The notes under the pieces: model-generated
Told to the model about the DNA's origin: nothing
The model's database searches: none
Seen by the model: the letters and a program-made list of their open reading frames with translations, nothing else
Part shown: positions 14,331-33,990 of the stretch, piece by piece
Numbering within the stretch: the stretch's first letter is position 1
Layout: each line of letters opens with the position of its first letter
Assembly (NCBI GenBank): GCA_964016885.1
Contig: OZ024740.1
Coordinates: 216,380,001 to 216,444,000, forward strand
Direction: 5' to 3'
Origin: Eledone cirrhosa
Lineage: Eukaryota
Length of the DNA: 64,000 nucleotides
Made by a program: the position numbers and the translations under genes

Positions 14331-14574
14331 TTCATTCCTTTTGTTGCGTAAAGAACAAATCTTATCCACACTAAAATCTATGACTTCTTTTGCAATAATA
14401 AGTTTCAACTGAATGCTTTTATGTTTTCTTGTCCAGGTAGATTATGGTTGCTGTATATGCATGAATGCTAACCCCTCTTAACAAATACCTACATATTGTG
14501 CAACCTTCTAGTATTGTGTAAATCTTTAACCATAAAAACTTGCACTATACTTGAGTATACTTGAGGTTTTTTAT

Positions 14575-14720
14575 CATTGAAAGATAAAGAACCCAAGTAA
14601 GATGGTTGGATAACATCCATGAGCTCTGCTGGTCTCACTTAGGGAGATGGTTGCTTCTGACAGGACCCGCTGGAAGGCATGCTTGAGGACTCTGCCTCCA
14701 TGACCCTCCCAGGAATAAAT
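14575..14720 (+). mobile_element. ancient LINE (RTE-like) 3' end
   Basis: Frameshifted translation ...VRWLDNI... ASDRTRWKACLRTLPP* resembles RTE C-termini. Confidence 0.45.
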
Positions 14721-15204
14721 GGGCAAAGATGAAGAATTTCAAGAGATTTAATGAAATATCTACTGATCTGATGTTTGGAACATAAAAGACTACATACAAT
14801 TCTGATGTGAGTTTTAATATAATTATGAACTGAACTGACAGTTCCATATATAGGACCAGGGATGGTTTTAGGCATGTTGGTATCAAATGTTAATTGATAT
14901 GTGGGTGACTTTTCTATCACTTTTCTACCAAAATATTCTATTGACCTATTTTCTTTTTGTCTGTATGCTTTTTTTTCTTCCGTGCTTATATGGATTAGTT
15001 TATCTATGTTAAATTAATTGATTGCTGTTTGACTTTCCAATATTGTTTATTGATAAAGATTAGATTAAGAAAAAAAACTGTATAAGAACTGTGTCAATAT
15101 AATATGGCAATTGTTATATTAAAATAAAGTGTTTTAATTCTCATTAAAACGTTGCTCTAGTTTGTGTTTTCTGTTTATTAATGAACTATTGTGTTATGTG
15201 CACA

Positions 15205-15324
<120 letters not shown>

Positions 15325-15351
15325 TATATATATATACACATATATATATAT

Positions 15352-15520
15352 ATAGGAACCAGTAAGACCCCGACAGCTGAGCTCAAGCTGTTTCGACGGT
15401 GAAATAGCTTGAGCTCAGCTGTCGGGGTCTTACTGGTTCCTATTACCCACTCTACTACCTCAAGTATTGAGTACTTTGGTGCGTTATGATCCACCTGGTT
15501 CCTTACCACATTTCCTTCGT

Positions 15521-15521
<1 letters not shown>
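15352..15521 (+). mobile_element. fold-back element in (TA)n (43-bp arms, 6-nt loop, about 78-bp tail); Penelope-like remnant
   Basis: 15352-15394 is the inverted copy of 15401-15443 (1 mismatch); TA tracts on both sides; relative at 58222-58352. Confidence 0.7.
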
Positions 15522-15550
<29 letters not shown>

Positions 15551-15551
<1 letters not shown>

Positions 15552-18088
15552 CATCATCATAATCATCTTCGTTTAACGTCCATTTTCCACGCTAGCATGG
15601 GTTAGACGGGACTATCTGGCAGGTTTTCTACGGCTGGATGCCCTTCCTAACACCAACCACATTTACAGTGTGGAACTGGGAACTTTTTACCGTGTTACCT
15701 ACAGAGCCACATTACAGCGTGGACTGTGTGTGTTTTTTTTGTCATGACACCTACACGAACTCGATCTCATTTTCTCGTGCTGTTGGTAGGAGTGGGAGGA
15801 TAGGGTAGGGGTAGTAGATTGGGGTGTATATTTGGTTAAGAGGTGCCTACTGACTGTAGGTTTCGCTTTGTACATAGGAAGGCAGGTCTTCTGTATTACT
15901 GCGTAGCGCCAAAGATCTCGGTCCAGAGACATTGTCTTAGACAGGTGCAAGTGTGTGAGGTCGGAATTTATCAGATCGTCACAGGTTTTTCTGGGTCTAC
16001 CTACTCCGTAACTACCATCGATTTTGATCGCCCTGCACTTTTTTATACAGCTGTCATCTTTCATGCGCATCACATGGCCATACCAACGTAGTCTTCTCTC
16101 AAGTAAACAGCATCTGATCCCTCTTATTCCTAATTTCTCACTTAGTTCATTTGTGCTTTGCCGTTCACGTATATTACTATTACACATCCAACGGAGCATG
16201 CTTCGTTCCTTTCCAGTCAACGCAAGTCCTCTGCACGTAATGCCCATGTCTCACTGCCATGTAGCATTGCTGTTCATATACAGGCATCATACAATCTGCC
16301 TTTCATTTTTAGAGAGAAACCTTTTGTGGCCAACAGCGGTATAAGCTCTCTGAACTTTTTCCATCCCATTCTGACTCTGGCTACTGTACTTTCAGAACAC
16401 CCTCCACCACTGCTGATTTTGTCACCCAGGTAGCGGAAAGTGTCTACTATTTTTATAGAACCCTCTGGGCAATAGAAGGAGCTAGTATCCTTTAGACACT
16501 TGCTAATTATTGCACCTGAGCATTGGCCACATATAAAGTCTACGTACTTAGATAGTTTACCTGTGATCCCACTACATCTTTTATGTACCCATACTTTGCA
16601 TTTGGGACATAAAATGGAATTTCTGCCTACTCCTTTCCTACACACTGAGCATGGCCCTGAGGGCACCTGTGCCCTATTTTCCTTTCTACAAACTAGAACT
16701 TTAGTCTTAGACAAGTTAACTTTAAGGCCTTTTGATTCTAGGCCATGCTTCCATGTTTGGAATTTCTTCTCTAGTTCAGCCATTGATTCAGCTATGAGCG
16801 TTAGATCATCTGCATATAGGAGTTCCCATGGGCAGCCGGTCTTGAACTCTGTTATAGCCTGAAGGGCAATAATAAATAAGAGGGGGCTAAGGACAGAGCC
16901 TTGATGAACGCCAACTTTTACACTAAATTCTTCACAATATTCATTGTTAATTCTAACCTTGCTGACTGTTTGATTATACATAGCTTGTATAGCTCTCCCA
17001 AGCCATTCATCTACACCTAGTTTTCTAAGAGCCCACCAGATAATGGAGCGAGGTACTCTGTCAAAAGCTTTCTCCAGGTCTACAAAAGCTAAGTAGAGGG
17101 GTTTACTTTTAGCTAGGTAATTCTCTTGTAGTTGTCGTACAAGGAAAAGAGCGTCTGTGGTACTTTTACCTGACACAAACCCAAACTGCATTTCATCTAG
17201 ATCAATTCGCTCTCTGATTAGTTGTGCTATAACTCTTTCTGTGACCTTCATGACCTGGTCAACTAACTTAATGCCTCTATAGTTCCCCTATCTAGAGCAT
17301 TCCCCTTTACCCTTGTAGCAGTTAATGATGATGCTACTACGCCAGTCTTTCGGTATGACCCCATTCTGTATTACTTGGTTAACTATACGGGTGACCATAG
17401 TGTGTCCCACCATACCAGATGCCTTCAACATCTCAGCAACTATCTCCGAAGGCCCAGCTGCCTTGCCTGTCTTCATATCTTTGATTGCCTTACTTATTAT
17501 ACTACCTTTAACTTGCTCCGCTGGTTCTTCTATTGGATCGATTTGGGGCAGACTATCTTTTTCCCATTATTCTCTTCATTTAATAGTCTCTCGTAGTGAC
17601 ACTTCCAGGCTATCTTCTTATCAGTATCAGTGAGTGCAAGTACACCATTATCATTACGGACACACTTCTCCCCGACTGTTTTCCTTGACACATTGTCTAG
17701 CAATCCTGAACACCTTACGTTTTTGGTCCTCATGTTGCAGAACATTCTTGAACTTTCTATCCTCTGCTACCCTTTTTGCAAGGTACAGTCGTCTCCTAGC
17801 TTCTCTCCTGGCCACTTGATAGTGCTCTCTAATTCCCCCATCCTGCCATACTTTCCAAGCCTGCTTTTTGGCCTTGATTGTCTCTTCCACCTTACTGTTC
17901 CACCACCAAGTTACTCTCCTCCTGCCAATAGGTCTGCTCCAGCCACAGATTTCATCCGTTGCTTTCAGCAGGTTAACTTTCAAGAATTGCCACTCTTCCT
18001 CTATATTGCACGTCTCTAATTGCTCTTCCTTATTGTCAAAGGCATCAAGTAATAAGATTTTCAATTTGTCACTGGCTATGGAGTCCTT
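15551..18088 (-). mobile_element. RTE-type LINE, 2.5 kb, 5'-truncated, frameshifted (RT domain, PHD-like finger, C-terminus, 3'UTR)
   Basis: ORF pieces with [57 protein letters not shown]; (GAT)n tail. Confidence 0.96.
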
Positions 18089-18369
18089 CAACTTCCATAT
18101 ACATATACATACATACACATACATACTTCCAATACACACACACACACACGTGCACATATATATACATACATACACACATATATGTGCATATATATATATA
18201 TTAAATATGCAGAGCTGTTATAAATCATGCAGCACTATCATAATCTATGTGCAGTTCTGGTATAAAGTGTGTCCATACAACAATGTGTGTGTGCAGTGTT
18301 AGTGTAAGTTACATACATATAGAGATATGTGCAGTTCTAGTGTATGTTACGTGCATATATATGCAATAC

Positions 18370-19930
18370 CTGTGTTAGTTATATGTACAATGTACAGTAA
18401 TTGTGTTAGTTATGTGTAATGTTCAGTAGTTGTGTTAGTTATATGTGTAATGAGCAGTAGTTGTGTTAGTTATATGTGTAATGTGCAGTAGTTGTGTTAG
18501 TTATATGTGTAATGTGCAGTAGTTGTGTTAGTTATATGTGTAATGAGCAGTAGTTGTGTTAGTTATATGTGTAATGTGCAGTAGTTGTGTTAGTTATATG
18601 TGTAATGTGCAATAGTTGTGTAAGTTATATGTATAATGTGCAGTAGTTGTAAGTTATATGTGTAATGTGCAATAGTTGTGTGTTATATGTGTAATGTGCA
18701 GTAGTTGTAAGTTATATGTATAATGTGCAGTAGTTGTGTAAGTTATGTGTAATGTGCAGTAGTTGTGTTAGTTATGTGTAATGTGCAGTAGTTGTGTAAG
18801 TTATATGTATAATGTGCAGTAGTTGTGTTAGTTATATGTGTAATGTGCAATAGTTGTGTAAGTTATATGTATAATGTGCAGTAGTTGTAAGTTATATGTG
18901 TAATGTGCAGTAGTTGTGTAAGTTATATGTATAATGTGCAGTAGTTGTAAGTTATATGTGTAATGTGCAATAGTTGTGTGTTATATGTGTAATGTGCAGT
19001 AGTTGTGTGTTATGTGTAATGTGCAGTAGTTGTGTTAGTTATGTGTAATGTGCAGTAGTTGTGTAAGTTATGTGTAATGTGCAGTAGTTGTAAGTTATGT
19101 GTAATGTGCAATAGTTGTGTGTTATATGTGTAATGTGCAGTAGTTGTGTTAGTTATGTGTAATGTGCAGTAGTTGTGTAAGTTATGTGTAATGTGCAGTA
19201 GTTGTGTTAGTTATATGTGTAATGTGCAGTAGTTGTAAGTTATATGTGCAATGTGCAGTAGTTGTAAGTTATATGTGTAATGTGCAATAGTTGTGTGTTA
19301 TATGTGTAATGTTCAGTAGTTGTGTTAGTTATGTGTAATGTGCAGTAGTTGTGTAAGTTATGTGTAATGTGCAGTAGTTGTGTAAGTTATGTGTAATGTG
19401 CAGTAGTTGTAAGTTATGTGCAATGTGCAGTAGTTGTGTTAGTTATGTGTAATGTGCAGTAGTTGTGTAAGTTATATGTGTAATGTGCAGTAGTTGTGTA
19501 AGTTATGTGTAATGTGCAATAGTTGTAAGTTATATGTGTAATGTGCAATAGTTGTGTGTTATATGTGTAATGTGCAGTAGTTGTAAGTTATATGTGTAAT
19601 GTGCAGTAGTTGTAAGTTATATGTGTAATGTGCAATAGTTGTAAGTTATATGTGTAATGTGCAATAGTTGTGTGTTATATGTGTAATGTGCAATAGTTGT
19701 GTGTTATATGTGTAATGTGCAGTAGTTGTAAGTTATATGTGTAATGTGCAGTAGTTGTAAGTTATATGTGTAATGTGCAATAGTTGTGTGTTATATGTGT
19801 AATGTGCAGTAGTTGTAAGTTATATGTGTAATGTGCAGTAGTTGTAAGTTATATGTGTAATGTGCAATAGTTGTGTGTTATATGTGTAATGTGCAATAGT
19901 TGTGTGTTATATGTGTAATGTGCAGTAGTG
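18370..19930. repeat. minisatellite, 27-31 bp unit, about 50 copies
   Basis: Unit TAGTTATATGTGTAATGTGCAGTAGTTGTGT with indel variants. Confidence 0.97.
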
Positions 19931-22804
19931 ATGAATATTCTAAGATAAAGCTACAAGATACAAAGTGTTTCTAGAAAGCGGTGATCATTAGGTTGCTGCA
20001 TTATTACACCTCTGGGAATAAAGTCTGAAGAAAACTACAATAAACTATTGTAAAAGATAGAATTAGATTAAAGTTAGTAATATTTTAAATGAAATAGATA
20101 AGACCTTGTTGTCAACTACTACAATGTGAAATTAACTAAACCGATTTCCTTGAAGGTATTGCAAACTAATTCTCTCTCTTTCCTTCATTTTCTCATTCTT
20201 TATTAACAATAGCTTCACGTCTGGTAAAGAGAGCACCGATGCCTCCTTTTCATGAATAACTTGTTAGACAAAGAATTTGATATATTCACTAAGTTTGCAC
20301 ACTGCCAACAGAATGTTTTTTTTTTTCTTTATTCATATACAGCTAAAAGAGTTGAGTACACTGTTAGGAGCTATTAATTGGTTCTACATATAACTGTTAC
20401 ATATTTAGGTTGTTGTTACTTGGAAAGTCATTGGTAGGACTTTACCCTTATATCTTTTAAAGAACTGAATAGATACAGCATATACAGTATAGAGAACTTT
20501 TTAGTTTTGCTTGGGACATGACAACCTCTCAACTGTTGGCCCTATGATAAAATGTACCCTGTACACTCAGTTAAGTGGTTGGTGATCAAAGAGTTAAGAT
20601 GAGCTAGAAGGAACCCTTTGGGATTGCTGAGGACATGACAACCTCCATAGTGTTGGTGCCATGATGAAATGTACTCAGTACACACTGTAAAATGTTTGGT
20701 GTCAGTTAAGAAGAGCATCCAGTCATATAAATCACACCAAAAATGGATTGTACAAAGAAGATATGTTCCCGAAGCTGTCTATAAGGGCAGCAACTTGAAA
20801 TATAAACTCACTCTTTCATGGCAACCCATTCATCTCATATAATAGAGAACTAAAATGATGGTTATGATGAGGGTTTGTTTATATACAAGCTCTATGTACT
20901 ACATACAGTAGTTGTGTGTGTGGGGGGGGGGGGAGATAGATCTATTTAAACACACCTAAAAATGTAAAATATTTTAAAGATGAGATTTGATTGGAATAAA
21001 GATGTTTCAAATTTCTACCTTGAAAATTTTAATCCGTTTTACTCTTTGATTAACCCTTTACTCTATATATACTATTGTATTTTCAATGTAAAGGCTTTAT
21101 CTCACATAATATTGAACCTATGAAATTTTGATATTATTTATTTTGAGAACAACACCTTAACAGCAGTATGAGTGGTCGGTTATGGCCGGTTTGAACAGAG
21201 AGAGGTGGCTGAATTCTGGGCAGATACAGCCAGTTTATAAACACTTATATTTTTGCAGGGTTTTCTATTTAATTTCATTGTAGCTAATTGCTTTCTCGGC
21301 CATTTCATGAGTTTGCACCAACTGTCTCTTCCAAGTCTCTTGATAATGTTCTTTCTTATACTCAAATCAATGAATGAATTATTAAATAAATGAAAAAATA
21401 TATTCACTTCTTTCTGGATGTTTCTAAGAACTCATAATAAAAGTCAAACTTTTAGTCAATCATTTTATTACATTTAAAGAGAAAAACAATAAACATTTTC
21501 TTCCTCCTTTTGTATTTTGTTGTATTTATAAATCTTTTAATTATTTTTCTAGACGTTTTATTCTTTTTATTTATCTCAAATTTAAGAATTCAACTTTGAA
21601 TAAAGCTCCAATGATATTTGATATTAATGTAGTGAAACAATGTACTTGAGAATGTTCTAAGAGTGTTACTGCCATTGCAATTGATACCCCAAATAATTAA
21701 AGTAAACAATATAATAAACCTGGTGTTAAGATGGTGGACGTCAGTATTTGTTCTTGTTTTCTGCACTCTGAGTTCAAATCCTACCAAGGTAAATTTAGTA
21801 TTTCATCCTTTTGGAGTCAATACATAGAGTACTAGTCTAACATAAGTTGATTGGTAGAATTTTTAGGTATCTCTTTTACTCCGTGATATCACAAGTGTTA
21901 ACCTGTATCAGCACTTAGCCTTTCCCTGGATAACATTGGCATGGGAAGAGGAGACTTGCATTCATGAGTGACTACTAGTCTTTTACAAAAAGATTTACCC
22001 AAATGTGCAACCTGGGGTGGTACTTTCTAGGTGCAGATCAATAGTTTCATAGGACATACAGAGGTCCTGCTATAAAACCATTTTAGTTTTTAGGTATAAC
22101 TTTTCTTTTTCCAATTTCTTTTTGGGGTGGGGGTTCACATTAGAATATATATTTATGAAGTGAGACATGGCCTCCAACTCATCTGTAAGGGCAGTAGCTT
22201 TAATTTAATTAATTGGTCTGTTATGACTTGTCCAACCCATCACTATCATTTAAATTAAAATCTTCCAATATAATTTTATATAAGAACCTTACATTAAGTT
22301 ACTATCTTAGTAAGTTAATGTAATGTTCTTAAAGGTTATTAAATATGCTAGATCTTGTTTTCTCTGAAGTATTTCCAAATATTAATAGTATTGTTGACAC
22401 TTGTTAACTATCTTATATTAAATATTACTTAAACCACAACAAAAGTACAAATAAATCTTTGGATGATTCTTCTTATTCCAAACATTTACATAAATTGTTT
22501 TAATTCTAAATTCTCTTTGCAGCAGCTCTAAGTACTCAACTTTGAAATTCAATTTTAGGAAGTTGCATTGTTGAAATTTTAGAAAGGTTTCTTTCTCTCC
22601 ATAGATCTATATTCTGGCAGGAAAAGTGCATCAATTTAATTAAATTATCTCTTGTCAACTAAACACAAAAGTATGTTTTCCTTATGAAAAACAATGGCAG
22701 AATTAACTAATCATAAGTTATAAAATAAAACCATTCTGAGTTGACTGGTAAATGAGGAAGTTTACTTTTATGGACAACTAAAACAATGTGTGTCATTAAC
22801 ATAC

Positions 22805-23010
22805 CATCATCATCATCATTTACATCATCACTTTCATCATCATCGTAACTCACATCATCATTTTATGCCAATATTTCCGTACTTCCCTGGGTTATTCAAG
22901 TCGTCTTCAGCCCAACATCTTGCCACTTTTTCTCTTCCTTTATTATCTCTTTTTATGAGCTCTTGCCTCCTCAGATCAGTTTTCACAATTTCTTCCAACA
23001 TTTTCCCAAT
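22805..23010 (-). mobile_element. degenerate RTE-type LINE 3' end
   Basis: Minus-strand ...LEEIVKTDL... followed by a (GAT)n tail. Confidence 0.5.
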
Positions 23011-23024
23011 TTTTTTTAATAGGT

Positions 23025-23335
23025 ACACTATCCCTGTGTGTCATAAGATGTGGTTAAAAGGGTTACTTTTTCCCAGTTTTTAGAATAGTTACACTGTATC
23101 CGTGTGTGTCATAAGATGTGGTTAAAAGGGTTACATTTTCCCAGTTTTTAGAATAGTTACACTGTATGCCTGCGTGTCATAAGATGTGGTTAAAAGGGTT
23201 ACATTTTCCCAGTTTTTAGAATAGTTACACTGTATGCCTGTGTGTCATAAGATGTGGTTAAAAGGGTTACATTTTCCCAGTTTTTAGAATAGTTATACTG
23301 TATCCCTGTGTGTCATAAGAGGTGCTTAAAAGGGT
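23025..23335. repeat. 68 bp tandem repeat, about 4.5 copies
   Basis: TCATAAGATG recurs at 23041, 23109, 23177, 23245, with a variant at 23313. Confidence 0.93.
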
Positions 23336-24111
23336 TGACATTAGGAAGGACATCCAGCTGTAAAACATTGTCTCAAAGTATCCCATCCCAGCCATACCAA
23401 GATAGAGGATTAGTTGTGACATCAACATGACACATAGGCAGTCTATTTCAGTAGAAATACAAGAGGCGTAACAATTTGTTCTGTGATGCTAATAGAAGAA
23501 TCTGAAGATGGTAATTCCTTGTTATGTCTGTTTTGGTTTTCTGTAAATTATATTTACTTTCCTCTCAATTTCTTCAGTCTCCTTCCACACAACTAATCCT
23601 CGACTCCTTCACAAAGGAACAAGAGAAAGAAAGGATGAACTGTCTAACTGAAGTAGCCTTTATAACATGTTGTTATTGAAAGACTTCACATTTGCCTAAT
23701 AAACCATCCTCCATATTAGACAGGTGATCTAATCTTATAACAGTCATATTATCTGTTTATGGCAATGGGGGTGGTGGCGGTGGTAATGGTGGTGGAGGAG
23801 GCGGATTATCTCATTTTTCTCTTTAAATTTAATTGTTTGTATTTCTGCTTTGTGAGATTTGTTCTCTTTTATTTTATCTTATTTTATCATATATGTTAGT
23901 TTTGTTCTTATAATTTTTCTTCTTATCATTTTAACAGTTTCAGTTAATTTATCTCAAAATAAATAAATAATGTTTTTTAAAATACAATCTCACACACGTA
24001 CAAACATATATACTTTCAGACACATACACACACGTACAACCATATATACTTTCAGACACATACACACACACTATTACACATATATCTTATAAAGGGATTT
24101 TTGTGAATATG

Positions 24112-24292
24112 ATGATCATCATCATCACCGTTTTACGTCCGTTTTCCATGCAAGAATGGGTTAGACAGGTTGTCCTATTTGAGGCAAGTCAAGGTCAGAT
24201 GACCATGTCTTGCTCATACAGAACCAATTTTGGCCTGGTTTCTACGACTTGATGCCCTTCCTAACACCAACCACATTTACAATGTGTACTGG
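24112..24292 (-). mobile_element. RTE 3'UTR fragment
   Basis: (CAT)n then TTTTACGTCCGTTTTCCATGC...ATGCCCTTCCTAACACCAACCACATTTAC; similar pieces at 32875-33175, 34055-34220, 36303-36530, 42650-42815. Confidence 0.8.
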
Positions 24293-24637
24293 AATATACA
24301 GCAACATATCAACTTCGATGTCAAGAGACATACTAAAGGCAGTCTACAATACTTATATAATATGTAAATACACATACCATATGTATTTACATATATAATA
24401 TGTAACTAAATATACTATAGGTAAATACAGTTGCTCTAAATGTTGTGTACATCAGGAGCACCAAATACCACATTGTTTCTCACTGCTCCTGTCATTAAAA
24501 CATTCAAGAAAACTGAGGTTCAAGATTGTAGGAGGCCAGCCACACTTGATTAGGTGGGAGATATAAAATTTGTTTTCATTTCATTTCATTTCATCTATGT
24601 GTGTGTATGTGTATAGGTATGTATATGTGATTATATA

Positions 24638-24669
<32 letters not shown>

Positions 24670-24676
<7 letters not shown>

Positions 24677-24993
24677 AAAAAAGATGAAATCGAAAATGCA
24701 ACTGAGTCTTATTTTAAAAAAAATATATATATTTATTTGGTTCCTTTACCGGTTTCGCAGTTCTTCTGCTTTTCAAAAGTAGAGTTGAGATGTAGGGTCT
24801 GTGGTTTTCTCAACTCTACTTTTGAAAAGCAGAAGAACTGCGAAACCGGTAAAGGAACCAAATAAATATATATATATTTATTTTAAAAAAAATAAGACTT
24901 CAGTTGCATTTTCGATTTCATCTTTTTTTCTTTATACTTTCACTCGTGTAGGACACCTCGGTTATTTTTCATTCTGTAAAAAAAAACCCTCAC

Positions 24994-25001
<8 letters not shown>
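24670..25001 (+). mobile_element. fold-back element in (TA)n (about 120-bp arms, 17-nt loop, about 65-bp tail) with degenerate hammerhead in each arm
   Basis: Arms 24670-24790 / 24808-24936; CTT-TTGAAAA-GCAG(AAGAA)CTGC-GAAA-CCGG-TA-AAG at 24819-24854 followed by AATAAA. Confidence 0.8.
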
Positions 25002-29377
<4,376 letters not shown>

Positions 29378-29384
29378 CTTATTG

Positions 29385-29586
29385 TTTAAATGTTTTGGTT
29401 GCCGACTCTGTGCAAGACATTTTGGATCATTGGCTGGGCTAAAAAGCCACATTCGATCGCAGCACTGTTAGTTGCTATCGTGTGTTTGTGTGTGTGTGTG
29501 TAGATATGCTTATGTGCGTGCGTGTGTGTGTATATATATATGAATATGTATATTATTATTGTTGTTGTCGTTATTATTATTATTGC

Positions 29587-29620
<34 letters not shown>

Positions 29621-29742
29621 GTTATTAATGTATGTGTGTATATATGTGTGAGTGTGTGTGTATGTATGTGTGTGTGTATATATGTATGTATGTGTATGTA
29701 TGTGTGTGTGTATATGTATGTGTATATATGTATATATGTATA

Positions 29743-29775
<33 letters not shown>

Positions 29776-29803
29776 CTTTTCCCTTTTTTTTATTTTTTTT
29801 TTT

Positions 29804-29863
<60 letters not shown>

Positions 29864-29921
29864 TTTTAATTTTTTTTTTTTTTGTGCAATGGCCATACTC
29901 GATAACGAGGGGGCAGCCATC

Positions 29922-29922
<1 letters not shown>
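29385..29922 (+). mobile_element. 3' end of an RTE/BovB-like LINE with C-terminal C2H2 finger; 3'UTR split by microsatellites
   Basis: [23 protein letters not shown] (ends 29471) and terminal TGGCCATACTCGATAACGAGGGGGCAGCCATCAT (29887-29920); contiguous homolog at 59599-59707. Confidence 0.75.
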
Positions 29923-30954
<1,032 letters not shown>

Positions 30955-31530
30955 TCATCATCATCATCATCATCAGCGTTTAACGTCCGTGTTCCACGCT
31001 TGCATGGGTTTGGACGGGGGTAGTCCCACTTGAGGCAAGAGTGATTGTCTTGCTCGCATAGGACTGTCTGGCAGGTTTTCTACAGTTGGATGCCCTTCCT
31101 AACACCAACCACATTTACAGTGTGGGTCTGGGAGGTTTTTACCGTGTTGCCTACACGGCCACATTACAGCGTGGACTGTGTGTTTTTTTGTCGTGACACC
31201 TACACGATCTCATTTGTTTCGGCCTCGATGGCGCGGCACCAACATAACTTTACATAGAACGGGGTGGTGTGGATCGGGTGGGGGTGGTGGGACGGGGTGT
31301 ATTTGTTAGAGATGCCTACTGGCTGGAGTAGGTTTTACTATATATTTAGGTAAGGCGGGTCTTCTCTGTTACTGAGTACCGCCAAAGGTCTCGGTCCAGT
31401 GACATTGTCTTGGAGAGGTGTAAGTGTGTGATGTCGGAGTTTATCAGCTCGTCCCAGGTTTTTCTAGGTCTGCCTATTCCGTGACTACCGTCTATCTTTA
31501 TTGCCCTGCACTTTGTTATACAGCTATCGA
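30955..31530 (-). mobile_element. RTE-type LINE 3' fragment
   Basis: [29 protein letters not shown]...DLWRY..., 3'UTR and (GAT)n tail. Confidence 0.92.
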
Positions 31531-31593
31531 CTATATATGTATATATATATATATGTATATATATATATGTATATATATGTATATATATATATG

Positions 31594-31625
<32 letters not shown>

Positions 31626-31755
31626 TGTATATATATGTATATATATATATGTATATATATATATGTATATATATATATGTATATATATGTATATATATAT
31701 ATGTATATATATATATGTATATATATATATGTATATATATGTATATATATATATG

Positions 31756-31786
<31 letters not shown>

Positions 31787-31835
31787 GTATATGTATATAT
31801 ATATATGTATATGTATATATATGTATGTATATATG

Positions 31836-31869
<34 letters not shown>

Positions 31870-33940
31870 TATATTCACTCGAGATATATAGAAATAGATA
31901 TTTCTCTGAATTCTCAACCCTGTAACAATAAACATTTGGTATATTAACCCTCCCTCTTATTGAAAAGAATAAATTTCTCCACATATCTAGTGTCTCCTCC
32001 AAACAACTAGGTAATTTGGGAATTTATGCCCTGATCCAAACATCCAGAATTTGCCAACAATAACAGGTTTTCAGTGAGCTAATCACTGGTCCACTATATT
32101 TCTGATAGTGATAGTGACAAGGGAATGTCAAATACTCATTAAGTATTGTGGTCAACCTGTGACTAAGATAGAAAACACTACATAAGAGAATCGAACCTGG
32201 AATCTCATGGTTACAATACCAACTCACTTGAAACTGCCTCTAATTTTATGATAAAATAGCATTAGTTTTATGCTATTTGTGTTTAAATTTAAACCTTCCA
32301 TTGTAATTTTATGATGTTAGTAATGTTTCCCATATAAACTTAATGAGAAATCTAGCTATATTACTAAATCCCTCCAAATTTATTATTTTCAAAATGAATT
32401 GAAAATCATACAGCATATGTCATCAGAAATATGGTAACAAAAGGGGATTTATTTGTGTCCATTTGCTAGTGTGTGTGGGTGTTAAGGTAAACCTGTTTAT
32501 GACCTCTGTTAGATTTATTTAACTTCCTACCTTTCTTGTTAATTGTAACTTTTAGGAGTCAATATAATTTCATGCTGACATTTTTAGTGAAACAAAATAA
32601 CTTAAATGCTATATAACATCTGTGGTCCCCATTTGATGTCTGTTGTGGTCTGGTTGAATATGTTAAGTTTAGGAAGGTGGGTGTTGTGGTTCAGTTTGGT
32701 ATGTTGAGTTTAGGAAGGTGGGTGTTCTGTGTTTGGTTTGCTGAATTCAGAGGATCAGTGGGATATGGTTTGGTTGGAGTTATGAGTGCAGGTTGGCATT
32801 CAGTTTAATATGTTTTCAGACAGATTGTAACAATTACAGTCTTATTTATGTATATATTAAGGCTCAGAATATCATATCATCATCATCATCATCATCGTTT
32901 AACGTCCATATTCCACGCTTGCATGGGTTTGGACGGGAATTTTCCCACTTGAGTCAAGAGTGGTTGTCTTGCTTCCATAGGACTATCTGGTGGGTTTTCT
33001 ACGGCTGGATGCCCTTCCTAACACCAACCACATTTACAGTGTGGAACTGGGAGGTTTTTACCGTGTTACCTACACGGCCACATTACAGCGTGGACTGTGT
33101 GTTTTTTTGTCGTGACACCTACACGATCTCATTTGTTTCGGGCTGGATGTTGTGGTACCAACATAACTTTACATTCTAGTTAATATTTTCTTTCTTTGTG
33201 TGAATAAATGTTTTTCCTTTTAAGGTTTAAGATGTAATGGAAACATCTGTGTGTGTATATGAATTGATGTTAAAGTTGGGAGTTTCTGACTTATAGAATT
33301 ATAAATAACTAATAAGAAGACTCTACATCTTGAGTTGAATGGAACTTCAGGTTTTCTTATGGTGGCTAATTCATCATGGCCATGGATGGCAAAGAGTCCC
33401 CGTCAATGCAAGATGTATAATATATGATGTGATCTATACTACACATTCATATCTACTCATGGATTTTGTTTCTATTCCTTTCTCTGTTTTTCTTTCCCAA
33501 GAGGAGTTTCAGCTTGGAACATCAAAGAACTTTCCATTTTATTTTCCAGAATAACAACCTAATAACTACACCAACCTTGTCTTTCATGTTGCTCTTCTTT
33601 CCTACATTTAAAATTTGCATGTGCGCCCACACACATGCAAATGTACATGCATGCAAATGCTCAAACATACACGCACATGTGCATGCACATGCACACATGT
33701 AGATATGTGCACGCGCACACACACACAACCATACAAACTCACACAACTTCTTATATGATTTAATTGAAGCTCAAGCATATATATATATATATATAAATAT
33801 ATACGCACACTTTCATGAATATACATGTACTCTTGAAGACTAGAATGGCGCCAATGTTGTTGATAATGACATTTGAAAATCACACATATAAACATGTCTA
33901 GAGATATTGTGAGATTCAGAGTAAACTATATATATATATA

Positions 33941-33990
<50 letters not shown>

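Noticed and set aside
15395-15420. Hammerhead in the 15352 hairpin
   Set aside because: Only a GAAA at the fold-back point; CUGANGA half absent, so not called as a ribozyme
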